Shown here one piece after another: positions 1 through 12,496 of a DNA stretch of 64,000 nt. The notes under the pieces were generated by a model. It worked only from the letters and a program-made list of their open reading frames with translations, was not told the DNA's origin and made no database searches. Position numbers and translations under genes: made by a program. The stretch comes from Saccostrea cucullata (taxonomy: Eukaryota): contig NW_026938415.1 of assembly GCF_032062105.1 (NCBI RefSeq), forward strand, positions 1 through 64,000, read 5' to 3'. Numbering within the stretch: position 1 is the first letter of the stretch; the number at the start of each line of letters is the position of its first letter.

Positions 1-273
1 ATTTCCAACACTAAATGTCTCAAAATAACCAATTTTATTTCGTAAAAATAATACAATTTAAATTTAAACTCGTAAGAATACGTCATCATAGAAACGAGGT
101 GATCTAGAGATCGACGAGCTTCTATAAACCCAAATCGACGGCCATTTTTTCGGAAGTCAACAACACAAGCTCTGTATTGTTGGTTATCTACTTGGATGTG
201 AAACTAAAACACATTGGCGAAAAGCTGCAATCGGTATTTCTGCTGATGTTGTTATTGGAGCTGAGACGTCAAG

Positions 274-2800
274 ATGTTTACATGTGCCGGCATGTGGATG
301 AGGAAGACCCAATTACTCATCTTCAGAGGATCAGAGGATACGGCGGCACAACCTTCTTATGGGACAAGTCTTTGTCACCAATCATCAGAAGTTTACCAGA
401 CGGATGTCACCGAGTCTCAGCCATACAAATGGAGTGCTCATGCACCTAAACCCCTCTGCATCATCAATGTATATATATTTCCCAAGCAGAAGCAACGGTG
501 ACTACAGGACTCAGTATGTAGAATCCCTTGATATTCTTATAGAGGTTCTTATCAAATATCGGCACCACCACACTATCGTCATAGGAGGAGACATGAACGC
601 ATCCGTATACAGAAATAATAGATGATAAAGAATACAGATGATAAAGAAATCAAAAAAATCCTAAAGACAGAAAGGCTCATTACACCTAACAATTATACCA
701 CCTCCCCCACATTTTACCATCATGATGGGAAGTGAAAATCTCAAACAGACCACTTCTTCATACCAACAGAACAAGAACAGATATCCATTTCTGAAGTTCA
801 AACCCAGGGACCGCACCCCCTCAACACTTCCGACCATACAATGTACCATGATTAAAGGGATAATAAAAGTACAGCTACGGAAGAAATTTCCTAAAGGAAA
901 ACAGACAAAATTAACCTCCAAAAAGCCGAGATGGGATAAATGTGACAAATCTACATATAACAGTACCGTAAGCAAGCTGCTTAATGAAGCGACACCCCCT
1001 AAATGTAACTTTGATATATCCCTTAAAGTCATCCACCTGACAAATGTGCTGCATAAAAGCATGAAGAAACTCCATTCATAAATAAGAAACACTTAATGAA
1101 CTAAAGAGGAAATCTAAAGGCCGTACCCCATGGAACAAAGAAGTTGGAGAAGCTGCAAAATTATCAAAGAACGCATTCTTTGAATGGAAAAAACAAGGGA
1201 TCGCCTCAGGCACCATCAAACAGGTCACTCAAAAAACTGAAAACCCAAAAGAAAGAGCTGCGCAGAAAACAAAGACAAGATCATGCCAGAATACGTGAAG
1301 ATAAATACTCTAAAATCATGCATGCTCAAGAATTCGACCATAAGCTTTTCTACAAGCTAATTAGGGAGCGAGGTGCATCAAACAACCAAGACAGAGAAAC
1401 CTTGATACTTGACGATCACGAACTAGATAGTGAAGAAGACATACTTAATTATTGAAAAACACATTTCGAAAGGCTTGCTACACCACAGGACGGTGACAAA
1501 TTTGATCAGCAGACACACAAACTTGTCAGAGAAGAACTGATAAACCTAAACACAAGCCCAGACGATACACAAAAGATTAGAGAAAAGACCATTAGTTAAG
1601 TCATCAGTATATTGGCCAGAGGCAAGGCTCCTGACCACTTGTGCATCAAAATCGAACATGAAGCGGCGGAGAGCAACTGGTCAACTACCTAACTTGTCTG
1701 ATCAACGACATCATCCAGCTACACCATGTCCCAGAAATTTTACAAACTGGCCTTCTGACACCCATCATCAAGAAAAACAAAGACCCAAAATTACCAGGCA
1801 ATTACAGAAGCATAACAGTAACACCGGTTATTAACAAGCTACTTGAAGGAATTTTGCAAACTAAAGTTGATGACATCCTAGACCCCACACAAAATAAACT
1901 AAAACGAGGCTTTACCAAGAAAACAAACCCACTAAACGCTGCTCTTCTAATATCAGAAGGAATCAATGAAGCTTGGGACGCTGGAAAGCCTGTTGCTGTT
2001 ATTACTCTAGATGCTGAAAAAGCCTTTGACAAAGTCAACTACCAACATCTATTAAGAAAGATCTACCTCAGCAGAATCGACCATAGCAACTGGCTACTGA
2101 TAAAAACCCTACAAACAGAGACCCTGACTATGGTAAAGTGGAAGGGAAACTTGAGTCCAGCCTTTGCGTGCCAGCAGGGAATCCGGCAAGGAGTCACATT
2201 ATCACCTAGCTTGTATAAGAGATATAATAACCAGATGTTGGACAGATGATGTGGCCATTATTGCAGACAATCCAGTCGACCTACAATGTACCCTGCATAT
2301 TGTGCATAACTGCACACAATCTGACGGAGTGAGCATTAACTCATCAAAGAGTGATGCAGTTATATTTAACACCACGAAACAGAGAGAAAAAAACAGACCT
2401 GGAATTTAGGATCAGATCAAATACAGGAGGTGGAGAGAACTACTCATATCGGCTTGACCCGACAGAAAGGCAATAAACTAGCGGTAGGAGAGAGAATACA
2501 GAAAGGAAGACGAACTCTCCACGCTCTGCTGGGAGCCGGTCTACATGGGGAGAATGGTTTAAACCCGACAGTTTCCTATAAACTCTACACCACGTTCTCC
2601 AGACCCAGATTCAGCTACGGCCTCGAAGTCACCAGCCTAACAAGCAAGGATATTAAGACAGAGCTCGAGAAATTTGAAATCAAGTTCCTTAAAAATATCC
2701 AAGGCCTACCAGATAGATGCGGAAATATTGCAGCCTACATACTACTTGGAGCGATGCCCATAAAAGCGAGATGCAAACCTTACGTGAATAAAAAAAAAAA
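274..2800 (+). mobile_element. Decayed non-LTR retrotransposon ORF2 (APE endonuclease + RT), probably RTEX-like; many stops and frameshifts
   Basis: The fragmented ORFs carry collinear LINE motifs: IINVY.P and IVIGGDMNA (APE); RGFTK..NPLNAALLISE, VITLDAEKAFDKV, QGIRQG..LSP.LY and DDVAII (RT, with the region before ADD deleted); and GLHGENGLNP...YGLEV...IQGLPDR (C-terminal). An A-run ends the homology at ~2790-2800. Confidence 0.8.
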
Positions 2801-3090
2801 GGTATATAATTCAAGGAGAATTAATTTTAACAATTTTATAATGTCAAGTGAAATAGTTTTTACAATTGTTTTTGTTTTGAACATATTTTATTGACAATAT
2901 GTCAAAGGGATTGGACACAAGTTCCAAAAACTTAGATAGTCCTCTCCCATTTTTACAATTGATAGGGAATAGATCGTTAGCGAAATTCAATTTAAGCTTC
3001 CATGACCCTCGCTAATAATTAACTTTTATTTTAAAAATTCTGCTCATACGGTTTAATAATGATCGTTATAATTGAAAAGGTAGATTACAC

Positions 3091-3164
3091 ACTAGCTGCA
3101 GAACTCTAGCTCTAGCCCGAAAATTCGGACAGATCAGGCAAAGAGCTACAGTTCTGCAGCAAGT
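3091..3164. repeat. Small hairpin/MITE-like inverted repeat
   Basis: actagctgcagaactctagctct (3091-3113) matches the reverse complement of agagctacagttctgcagcaagt (3142-3164) at 21/23. Confidence 0.55.
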
Positions 3165-4224
3165 ACCACACAAGTGTATATTATTAATTATCATGTATGA
3201 ATGAATTATATAGGGGTAAATCAAAATACCAGTAAGACGATTTACCAGTTATAGAATTAAATTTCTATATTGTTTAATACATGTACTTACCTTAAGAAGA
3301 AATATAACTTGAATCTTACCTTTAATTAATAAAAGGCACCGCGCAGGTGATGAAGGTTATTTGCATCATCTTATTTATAGGTTTGTATGTCATTAAAGAT
3401 CGAAAACACCTGGTTCTCTTAATGTGTATCATATGATCATGTAAAGTAATAAAATCCAAAAGTCGAAACTCTGAAGAAAAGAATTATGTGAAATTATGCA
3501 GTTTAACAAATTTAAGTCAATAAAGAGTGGGCAATAAATAATAACATCTTGATATATTTTATTTTACACCTCCCGAAACAAGATACTTCCAACTGCACAT
3601 CAGGTGGAAGGTATTATATTATTCAGAATTGCATACTTAATAATCCATACAATAAAAACAACTAAAATGTTCCATGAACACCCAATTTGCCGTTGTTAAT
3701 TATACAGAAGAGGCAAATCTATTGCTCGAGGATTCGAAGCTAAAATATAGTAAGGGGGAAAAATGAGAATTAGTATAGAAAACAAATACATGAACTAAGC
3801 CCAGTATTAAATTTTAAAGCGATTAAATGATTGTTATAGAGTTTGCATGAAAAATTCTACTTTCCATTGAGAAAAAGATAATTTATAATGAATACCACAG
3901 CATGCATATTTTTAAGACATTCAATGGTGAGGTTTTTATCCTAAGTGGACATCCACCAACCCCCCACCCCCTCCCTTATCACCAGATAATACGTGTAAGC
4001 ATAATAGGCTGTATGGTTCTGCAGATTTCTAGACAGCAGTAAGTAAAAGTCATCCAGAAACTGTTCCCTTAATGGTTATTCTCGTTTGATCTTTGTATAG
4101 TTCTAAATAAGAAAAAAAATATAATTGAATTTATACATTTAGTAAATATCACACTGTACTTTATAATGACATTGATTATATGTATGAACTAAATACATTT
4201 TCAGCATACATGCATTATATTAAC

Positions 4225-4304
4225 TATTCTCTTTAGAGAAGTGGATAGGCTTTCGCTTACATCTAGATGTAGGTGAAAGCCTGTCCACTTCTCTAAAGAG
4301 AATA
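4225..4304. repeat. 80-bp loop-less palindrome (mini-MITE-like)
   Basis: Two 40-bp arms centred at 4264/4265 (atct|agat), with 3 transition mismatches, beginning and ending in TA. Confidence 0.75.
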
Positions 4305-6104
4305 CACATTAACGTACTTATTTATACTAACTTGAAAAGTTATACAAAAATGCAATACAGGGGAAAAACCCATATAAAGTATTAAAACAGTAATCTTGGA
4401 CAATAAGCACGGAAAATACAAGAAAAAGAAAATTCCGCTTCTTTTTAAAACATAATCTTTGAAATTTTTTAGTACAGCAGAAAATATGAAGAAAATGTAA
4501 AGGAGCAAAAATGTCAATTTTGACTGAAATTATGAAAAAGAAAGGTATATTCTGCCAATTCCCATGAGATGTGACGAGGTCATCGCGTGATTCAGTTATT
4601 CAGCAACTATGCAAAATAATTCTGGCGGTTGATTTCTCAAAAAAATATAGCACTTTATTTTCTTTACATGATCTAGATTTGTGGATTTTATGACAATGAA
4701 CTATTTTTTATCAGTATTTAACGTTGTATTCAAAACGTTTCAACATCGGATTCTGCCAGATTTTCAGTGGTTTTGTTTCCAACCCTACCTTCGTCATTGT
4801 GAACTTTTTGACATTTTAGTTGTAATTGGAAGTCGAAAAAATCTGATTTCTTCAGAGCCCAATGAATTCACTTGCTACGATTAGTAGTCAAGAAGATGAC
4901 GCCCAGGTGCAGTTACTGACCGAGAATGATTCATTTCTAACAAAGTCTACCGGGGCGGAAAGTGCTTTTGTGTTGTGGACAGACTCAGATGCGCAATAGA
5001 TTTAAGAGGCAAAATGTTAGATGACATACAAGAAAATGTTTGAAACCACATCTTTGTTTGGTGACAGAAAGTTACCCGTCTTTAACACAATTTATATAGA
5101 TCTCTACAATTTGCCAAAATGTCTTCATTATCTTGTAGTTTTACTTTGGTTTCATTGTAATCACAATTGTGTGTTTATATAGTAAAATTTATATTATATT
5201 GTGGCATTTTACGATAGTTTAAAGCGACATTATTACTTCTCAAGAATTATGGCATTTAGATTTTAGTTGGTTGTATTTTTAACCGTTTAATATGTTTTGG
5301 CATAAATCTTTGTCATTTAATATCTATTATTCTCTTAACAATGTGTTGTGTCGTATTGTGCATGAGGACGAGCACTGAGGACCACCTTATTAACGTGTAC
5401 CTTTCCAAAAAGAGTCAAGGGTGAAAGAGCATAAGTGAAATATATGGAGGTAACGAACAACACTCAAGCTCAAAAGTTTATTTAACAATATTTATTACAC
5501 ACTTAGTAATAAATACAGGTTTTTTGCATATGCGATATGGCTGACGTCACAATAGCCGTATCAGCCCTCCAAGGCTGATATGGATTTGCATGGCTGATAA
5601 CCTATATCAGCCCCGCAAATCCATATCAGCCCTGCAGGGCTGATACGGCTATTGTGACGTCAAAATCACACCCTCAGTAAATTAAACCACAAAAACAGTA
5701 CTTGTGATCATACACAATTTTTGATAGGTTCATATTCTCTTAATTTTAACTTTTTTTTTTGAAAAATAAGGTTATCTTAATTTACTAATGCATGTAATAG
5801 ATTATTTTCAAATTACGGATCGAGTGCATTGAAATAGAAGTAGAAACAAACCCAAATCGTATGAATACGAAAATAGTGCCCGACATGTAGACAACCACAA
5901 ATTTCTGAGAGGAAAGTTTTTACCTAAAAACTTGAAATCATCGAAAATCAGAAGCCCAAAAATGCAGCAACTTTAATTAGGATAATGAGTTAAGTATTGT
6001 GTGACAACCTATAGAAGAAATGTAACGCTAAACATCGGGAAAACCTTCTGTGTATTTTCGGTAAGTCAATGGTATTTACCTGGTGAGCGATACTCATTCT
6101 GTTT

Positions 6105-7385
6105 ATGAACATACATTTAACAATGTCAGATATCTCCAAGAAACGGGCACTAGATAAAATGGACAGTACTGACGAGAGTATGGAGCAAGGTGATCAAAGT
6201 AATCAGAAACCGGAAGATTTTCAGTTAAGGGATATAATGCAGGGCATTGCAAGTATTCAGACTACTTTGGCGAATTTTATGTTACGGCTCGATGGACAAG
6301 GTCGACACTTAGATGAAATTACGAAAGAAATCAGAGCAAAAAATGGCATTCAAGAAAGACTTGAAACTGTTCAAGAACAGGCTAATGACACAATATACCT
6401 TGTGACAGAACTACAGGATAACCAGAAAAAAATGGAACGTGAAATGAACAGACTCAAAAATTATGTAATTCGTCTTGAATACCGTGTAAATTCACAAAGT
6501 AACCAAATAGTTGATCTCAAGGCAAGGTCAATGGAGAATAACATCATTGTTAGTGGTCTGCAGGAAAAAGGCCCCGAGAGGAAGTCACCAGAGAACCTTG
6601 CGCAAATTCTAAGAAATGTATTCATATCAGAGATGAACATGGGGGAGACAGCAGTTGATGAATTACAAATACAGAAACTCTTCCGAATGGGAGAATACGA
6701 TGCTCAACGAAAATTTCCAAGACCAGTTTGTGTGCAATTTGCCGATAAAGCCCAAAAAGACCTTGTTATGAAACACATAAAAGTTCTAAAAGAAAAGAAT
6801 TCGGACATAAGAATTGCCCAACAACAACCAGAGGAGATACGGGAACGACGAAAACAGCTGTATGAAGTTCAAAGAAAATATGCAGAACGAAATATCGAGA
6901 CGAAAATGAAGGGGGACAAGCTTATCTTTACCCAGAGTAATTCAATCTACAGAGAGAAAGTAGGATCTCTTCCAACGGCAGATGAGGTGATTTCCAGCGA
7001 CGCAGTCAAGATTACCGTTAACCCTGGAAAGTCAATTGAGGACAACGGAAACCGGTTTATGGCGCATTCCACCCAAGTCGATTCCTATAAACAGATTAAA
7101 CGATCATTAGTGGAAATCATGCGTATCGAAACCGTACCCAGCGCGAGCCATAACGTTTATGCTTATCGCTTCACAAGCAGTGATGGGATAATCCATGAAG
7201 GATCAAATGATGACGGGGAACATGGTGCGGGAAGGTTACTTTTAAAAATGCTTGCCGAAAACGAAGTTAACAACGTACTGGTGGTTGTCTCTCGATGGCA
7301 TGGAAACAATATTGAACCTCGTCGATTTTCCCATATCAAAGAAGCAGGTCTTAGTGCGGTAAAAAATTTACCAACTTCAGTTTGA
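6105..7385 (+). CDS. L1/Tx1 ORF1 protein (coiled coil + RRM + CTD) with a C-terminal IMPACT/YigZ (UPF0029) domain, 426 aa, intact
   Basis: Heptad-rich region aa ~40-140; [14 protein letters not shown] and PRPVCVQF (L1 ORF1 RRM); [10 protein letters not shown]...KMKGDKLIF (CTD). From aa ~312 to 426: NRFMAH...[10 protein letters not shown]...[15 protein letters not shown]...[11 protein letters not shown]...PRRFSHI, matching the IMPACT/YigZ consensus. Confidence 0.9.
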   Translation: MNIHLTMSDISKKRALDKMDSTDESMEQGDQSNQKPEDFQLRDIMQGIASIQTTLANFMLRLDGQGRHLDEITKEIRAKNGIQERLETVQEQANDTIYLVTELQDNQKKMEREMNRLKNYVIRLEYRVNSQSNQIVDLKARSMENNIIVSGLQEKGPERKSPENLAQILRNVFISEMNMGETAVDELQIQKLFRMGEYDAQRKFPRPVCVQFADKAQKDLVMKHIKVLKEKNSDIRIAQQQPEEIRERRKQLYEVQRKYAERNIETKMKGDKLIFTQSNSIYREKVGSLPTADEVISSDAVKITVNPGKSIEDNGNRFMAHSTQVDSYKQIKRSLVEIMRIETVPSASHNVYAYRFTSSDGIIHEGSNDDGEHGAGRLLLKMLAENEVNNVLVVVSRWHGNNIEPRRFSHIKEAGLSAVKNLPTSV

Positions 7386-8122
7386 AAACATGAAAAATAA
7401 ACACAGTATCATCTTTGACTCTAGAGCTGTTCTGGTCTTGATCTGAAATTATTTTTTAAATGTGATCTAAAGTTAAAATGTGTAATACATTTTTATTGAA
7501 TTTTCAAGTATCCCGGATTTCTTTCGTCCAGCCAATAATATTCCGGCAGTTTTTGAAACATACTATTTCCTGTTCTTGCTTACCTTATGGCATTTCCCGA
7601 AATAAGTTGTGTATTCTTTTTATCAGCTCAACTGTAGGCGATATGTAAGTTTAATTTTTCTACTCAACATGTCACATTATTTATAGGGATCTGTATACAT
7701 TGTCCTTTTGGTTACTTATAGATACATAATCTAATTAATTAAAAAGACGGACAAGTTGTGATTACATTACACATGTAGTGGTTTCCCTCATAAGAAAATA
7801 AAATATATATTAATAAATTTTAATTCACAACCTGTTAGGTAGATTCATATATTTTCTACAAATAGAATAGACCATGTATATTGTATTTCCTACACCTGTA
7901 AACCCATTCTCATTCTTTTAAGAGATGTTTAATGTTAACTCTTAAGAAATATCAATTATAATCTGTTTTTGGTATAAACTTTCTACTCTCAAAATCAACA
8001 AGGCATGTATTCTCAGGCAACCCACACATTTTTGTATATACACCTTTTTTATTTTTTTGTTTTTTCTTCTGTTTCTGTCTATCAGGGGGTCAGCAGTGTT
8101 TTCATCATTTTTTTAGAATATT

Positions 8123-9379
8123 ATGGATTATAATAATGATAACAGCCTAAAAATACTCTCAGTAAATTGTCAAGGCCTTGGTAACATTCATAAAAGAAGA
8201 GATGTGCTAAAGAACTTAAAAGCTAAGAATTACAATATTTACTTTTTACAAGATACCCATTTTGTAGAAAAAGATGAAAATATGATAAGAGCACAGTGGG
8301 GATATAAAGCATTTTTTAGTTCATTCAAGTCCAATTCAAGAGGAGTCGCTATCCTCTTTAACAACAACTTTGATTTCAAAATCGTCAATGAATATAAGGA
8401 TACTGATGGTAATTTTCTAATTTTGGATGTCTTTATTGAGGATGTCTCTTTTTTACTAATAAATATTTATGGTCCAAACTCTGACACACCTAATTTTTAC
8501 ATAAGTTTAGTCCATAAAATAGAGCAGATTCATTCCTCTCATAAAATTGTTTTAGGGGGTGATTTTAATTTAGTTTTTGATAAAGATTTGGATTCAATGA
8601 ATTACAAAAATTTAAACAATCCAAAATCAAGACTTGAAGTAATAAAGCTTATGGATGCTTTAAACCTTAAGGACGTATTTCGTGAAGATAATCCAGTTTT
8701 AAAAAGGTTTACCTGGAGACGAAAAAATCCACTCAAACAAGCTAGACTTGACTTTTTCCTGATAACAGAATCCATGCTAGCTATGAATCCACGTGTCAAG
8801 TTTGAAAATAGTTATTGTTCTGATCATTCACCAGTTCTATTACATTGTAAATTAAATGAATTTAAAAAGGGAAAGGGTTTCTGGAAATTCAATAATTCCC
8901 TGTTGCATGAAAAAGAATATGTTGAACAAATAAAATGTAAGATTAAGGATGTTAAAATCCAATATTCTTGCCCAGTATATAATATGGAAAAAATAAGTTG
9001 CATCGAGAATGATACTATTCAACTCACCATTAGTGACCAACTCTTTCTTGATATTTTGTTAATGGAAATAAGAGGAAAATCAATTTCATTTTCAACATAT
9101 AAAAAAAAGAAAACTTTCGAAAGAGAACAACAGTTAGAGAGAGAAATATTAGAATTAGAGCAGAATTTAACAGATCAGCTAATTAATGAACTTGAAGAAA
9201 AGAAAAGAGAAGTAGAGGAAATAAAGAACATAAAATTTAAAGGTCAATGCATAAGGTCAAAGGTCAAATGGATCGAGGAGGGAGAAAAACCCTCAAAATA
9301 TTTTGTAAGTTTAGAATCAAGAAACTATGTAAGTAAGCAAATACCTAAAATAGAAAAGGACAATGGATCAATTGTTTCT
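8123..9379 (+). CDS. L1/Tx1 ORF2, N-terminal part: apurinic-like endonuclease + linker (interrupted by a MITE at 9380)
   Basis: APE motifs SVNCQGL, FLQDTH, SRGVAIL, INIYGPN, LGGDFN, FTWRR, ARLDFFL and SDHSPV, followed by GFWKFNNSLL and KWIEEGEKPSKYF. Confidence 0.92.
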
Positions 9380-9926
9380 CATCTTCGCTAGCCAAGGGTT
9401 TCTGATACGCTACTCTCCTCATAAACCCTTGGCCTACGGTGTTCATAGAAATAGGGATTTTTTTCCAGAGTTCTGATTGGATTTCAGTATACCCAGGTCG
9501 ACCAATCAACAATTGTTTTTTTGTAAATGACGATATTTGCGTTCGGGATACATCTTCACTCTTTAATCTCGGAAATGAAAAACGCAGTAAACAACGATCC
9601 GTAAGATAACATTCAATTCTATGAATAGCCATGGTGTCATCCAATATCTTCTAAATATGTGATCAAAAATCTATATTGAAGCATCAGATTTGTTCTATAC
9701 ATAATAAATAAACATAACTCAATTATTGCATCTTAATTATTCTTGAAAAAAACTTTGATTTAATTTTTTCTTAACACGTGTCTTTATTTCTGGCGATGAC
9801 GCAATCTGTGCGTACTTGATAGATTCGAGATCACGTGACAGAAAACAATCCCGTCTTTTGACTTCACCATAGGCCAAGGGTTTATGAGGAGAGTAGCGTA
9901 TCAGAAACCCTTGGCTAGCGAAGATG
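9380..9926. mobile_element. 547-bp non-autonomous TIR DNA transposon (MITE) with a 9-bp TSD
   Basis: 62-bp TIRs (9380-9441 and 9865-9926, 1 mismatch) and an exact TSD, ATTGTTTCT, at 9371-9379 and 9927-9935. Removing the element restores the ORF2 frame (..DNGSIVS|SQSEIL..). Confidence 0.95.
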
Positions 9927-9935
9927 ATTGTTTCT

Positions 9936-12496
9936 TCCCAAAGCGAGATATTAAATGAAACGAAAGCTTTCTATGAAAACTTATATAAGAAAAGGGAAAA
10001 TGTAGATACTGAAAATATTCATGATAGACTTAAAGATTATGATATTCCCAAATTAAGTAGAGAAGAATCAAACAGTCTGGAAGGTCCTGTAACAAACTTT
10101 GAAGTTTTAAACTTCTAAAACAAATGAAAAATGACAAAAGTCCAGGACCGGATGGATTTACATGTGAATTTTTTAAATTTTTCTGGAAAGATATTGGCTC
10201 CTTTATTACAAGAGCAATAAATAATTCAAATGAAAAACTTCAATTCTCAGACTCAAATAAATTAGGAATCATTACTTGTATCCCAAAAACAGGAAAGCCA
10301 AAACAATTTCTGAAAAACTGGCGACCCATTAGTCTTTTAAATGTTGTTTATAAAATAGCATCAGGATGCATCGCGGAACGAATGAAAACTAAATTGGGCA
10401 AGTTGATAAATAGAGACCAAACTGGATTTATAAAAGATAGATTTATTGGAGAGAATATTAGACTGATATATGATATAATGCATTATACAGAATATAATCA
10501 AATACCTGGCCTATTGATGTTAATTGACTTTGAAAAGGCTTTTGATACAATCTCATGGAACTTTATATATCAAACCCTTGACTTTTTTAATTTTGGACCC
10601 TCTTTTAAAAATTGGATTAGAACCTTCTATAATGGTATTAAATCATGTGTTATACAAAATGGATTTACTTCAGACTATCTTTTCCCCCAAAGAGGATGCA
10701 GACAAGGCGATCCGATCTCACCTTATCTCTTTTTGTTATGTGCTGAAATTCTTGGAATCTTAATTCGTAATAATCAAGATATAAAAGGTATAACAATTGA
10801 GGGTGAAGAGTACAAACTCTCTCAATATGCTGATGATACTTCTCTTATCTCAGATGGTTCACCAAGATCTATGGATGGTATTCTCCGAGAATTAGATTAT
10901 TTTGCTAATATATCAGGCTTAAAGATAAATTTCTTAAAAACTAAAATGATATGGATTGGAAGTAAAAAATTTTCAAGGGACGCATTTCATCACTCAAGGT
11001 GGAAGCTTGACTGGGAAAATTCAATATTTGATCTTCTAGGAATAAAATTTTCAGTAAACTTGGATGAAATGCTTGATCTTAATTATTCCATAAAGCTAAA
11101 TGAAATCAAAACTTTGTTACGTAAGTGGAGTTTAAGGAAACTTACCCCAGTTGGAAGGTTAACAGTAATTAAAACTTTAATATTACCCAAATTAAACCAT
11201 TTAATTCTTACTTTACCAAACCCTAAGTCAGACTTTTTGAAGATGTTTGAGATTGAATTGTATTATTTTCTTTGGGGTAGCAAAACTCACAAGGTAAAGA
11301 AAAATGTTATAATCCAGGACTATAAATATGGAGGTCTAAAAATGATTGATTATACAGAATTCATTTCTGCCCTTAAATCAAGTTGGATTAGAAGACTTAT
11401 TCACTCACAAGCAAACTGGGTAAAATTATTTGAAGCTGAACTAAAAGTTGATATAAACAATCTTTGGATAAGGGGTTCTGATTATATTCTGAATCTCTCA
11501 ACAAGATTAAATAATGTTTTTTGGAAAGAAGTTCTGTCAAGCTGGGCAAGGCTAACTATAATAAATCAAGAAAAGGACAGGCATGTGCTTTTTGAACATA
11601 TATGGAATAATCCAAGGATTAAAATTAATAATAAATCTTTTTTTTGGAAAAACTATTTTAATGAAGGTATTGTTTTTCTTACTGACCTCTTTAACAATGA
11701 GGGTAGTTTCATAAGTCTCGACTCATTAATAAACTTGAAAGTGAAAACAAATTTTGTTGATTATAATGGACTTAGAATAGCAGTATTAGATAGACTGAAA
11801 AATATAAACTGTGATGAAATTAAAAATGCTAAGTTGATTGGACCACATCTTCCAAATTCCATTTTTGTATTTTATAAACATGATAAAGGTTGTAAGGATA
11901 TGTATAACATATTTATAAGTAAAAAGAAAGAGCCAGTTAACTCAATCAAAAAATGGAGAGAAAACAGATTTATCTTTGATGAGGCAGACTGGGCTAAAAT
12001 ATTTGAACTTCCTTTTAAAATAACTCAAGAATCTAAACTTCAATGGCTACAGTATCAAATCTTACATAGAATCATCCCAACTAATTATTATCTTTTTAGA
12101 CTAAAATTGATCGATTCTCCAGCATGTAGTTTCTGCAGAAGTGACATAGAAACAATTGATAATTTATTTGTTGAATGTTTCCATGTAAAAGAACTCTGGT
12201 GTACTATTGAAGAATGGATTTTAAATAAGTTTAATATTCATTGTTGTTTTGATAAACAAGCAATACTATTTGGTAAATATGAAAATATGAATGTTTATAA
12301 ATTTCAAAACCTTTTAATACTTATTGTAAAACAATTTATTTTTGCCTGTAAATATAAGAATGTTCCAAGAATAGATGCTGAAGCTGTATTAAAGAGGATC
12401 ACAGATAGAATTTTGATTGAAAAATTTTTATTGATGAAGAATTGTAAATATGAAGAATATGAAAGGCATTGGCAAAATATTTGTGATATATTGTAA
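9936..12496 (+). pseudogene. L1/Tx1 ORF2, C-terminal part: reverse transcriptase + zinc knuckle (1-bp frameshift at ~10113-10116; open 10124-12496)
   Basis: Motifs KSPGPDG, NWRPISLLN, DQTGFI..R.I..NIR, IDFEKAFD, GCRQGDPISPYLF, QYADD, SGLKIN..KT and CSFC..ETIDNLF.EC (expected His is Asn). The reconstructed ORF2 is ~1270 aa, typical of L1. Confidence 0.92.

Noticed and set aside
5860-5885. Target-site duplication for the L1 (aaaatagt vs aaaatggt after the tail)
   Set aside because: Short, A-rich and mismatched; not enough to fix the boundary.
6105-7385. Calling this ORF the host IMPACT gene
   Set aside because: It has no RWD domain and no introns, its N-terminal 300 aa are L1 ORF1-like, and it lies within a poly(A)-tailed retroelement.
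9345-9644. Minus-strand 99-aa ORF and other short antisense ORFs in the track
   Set aside because: They overlap MITE TIRs, real genes or decayed repeats and have no domain signal; treated as spurious.
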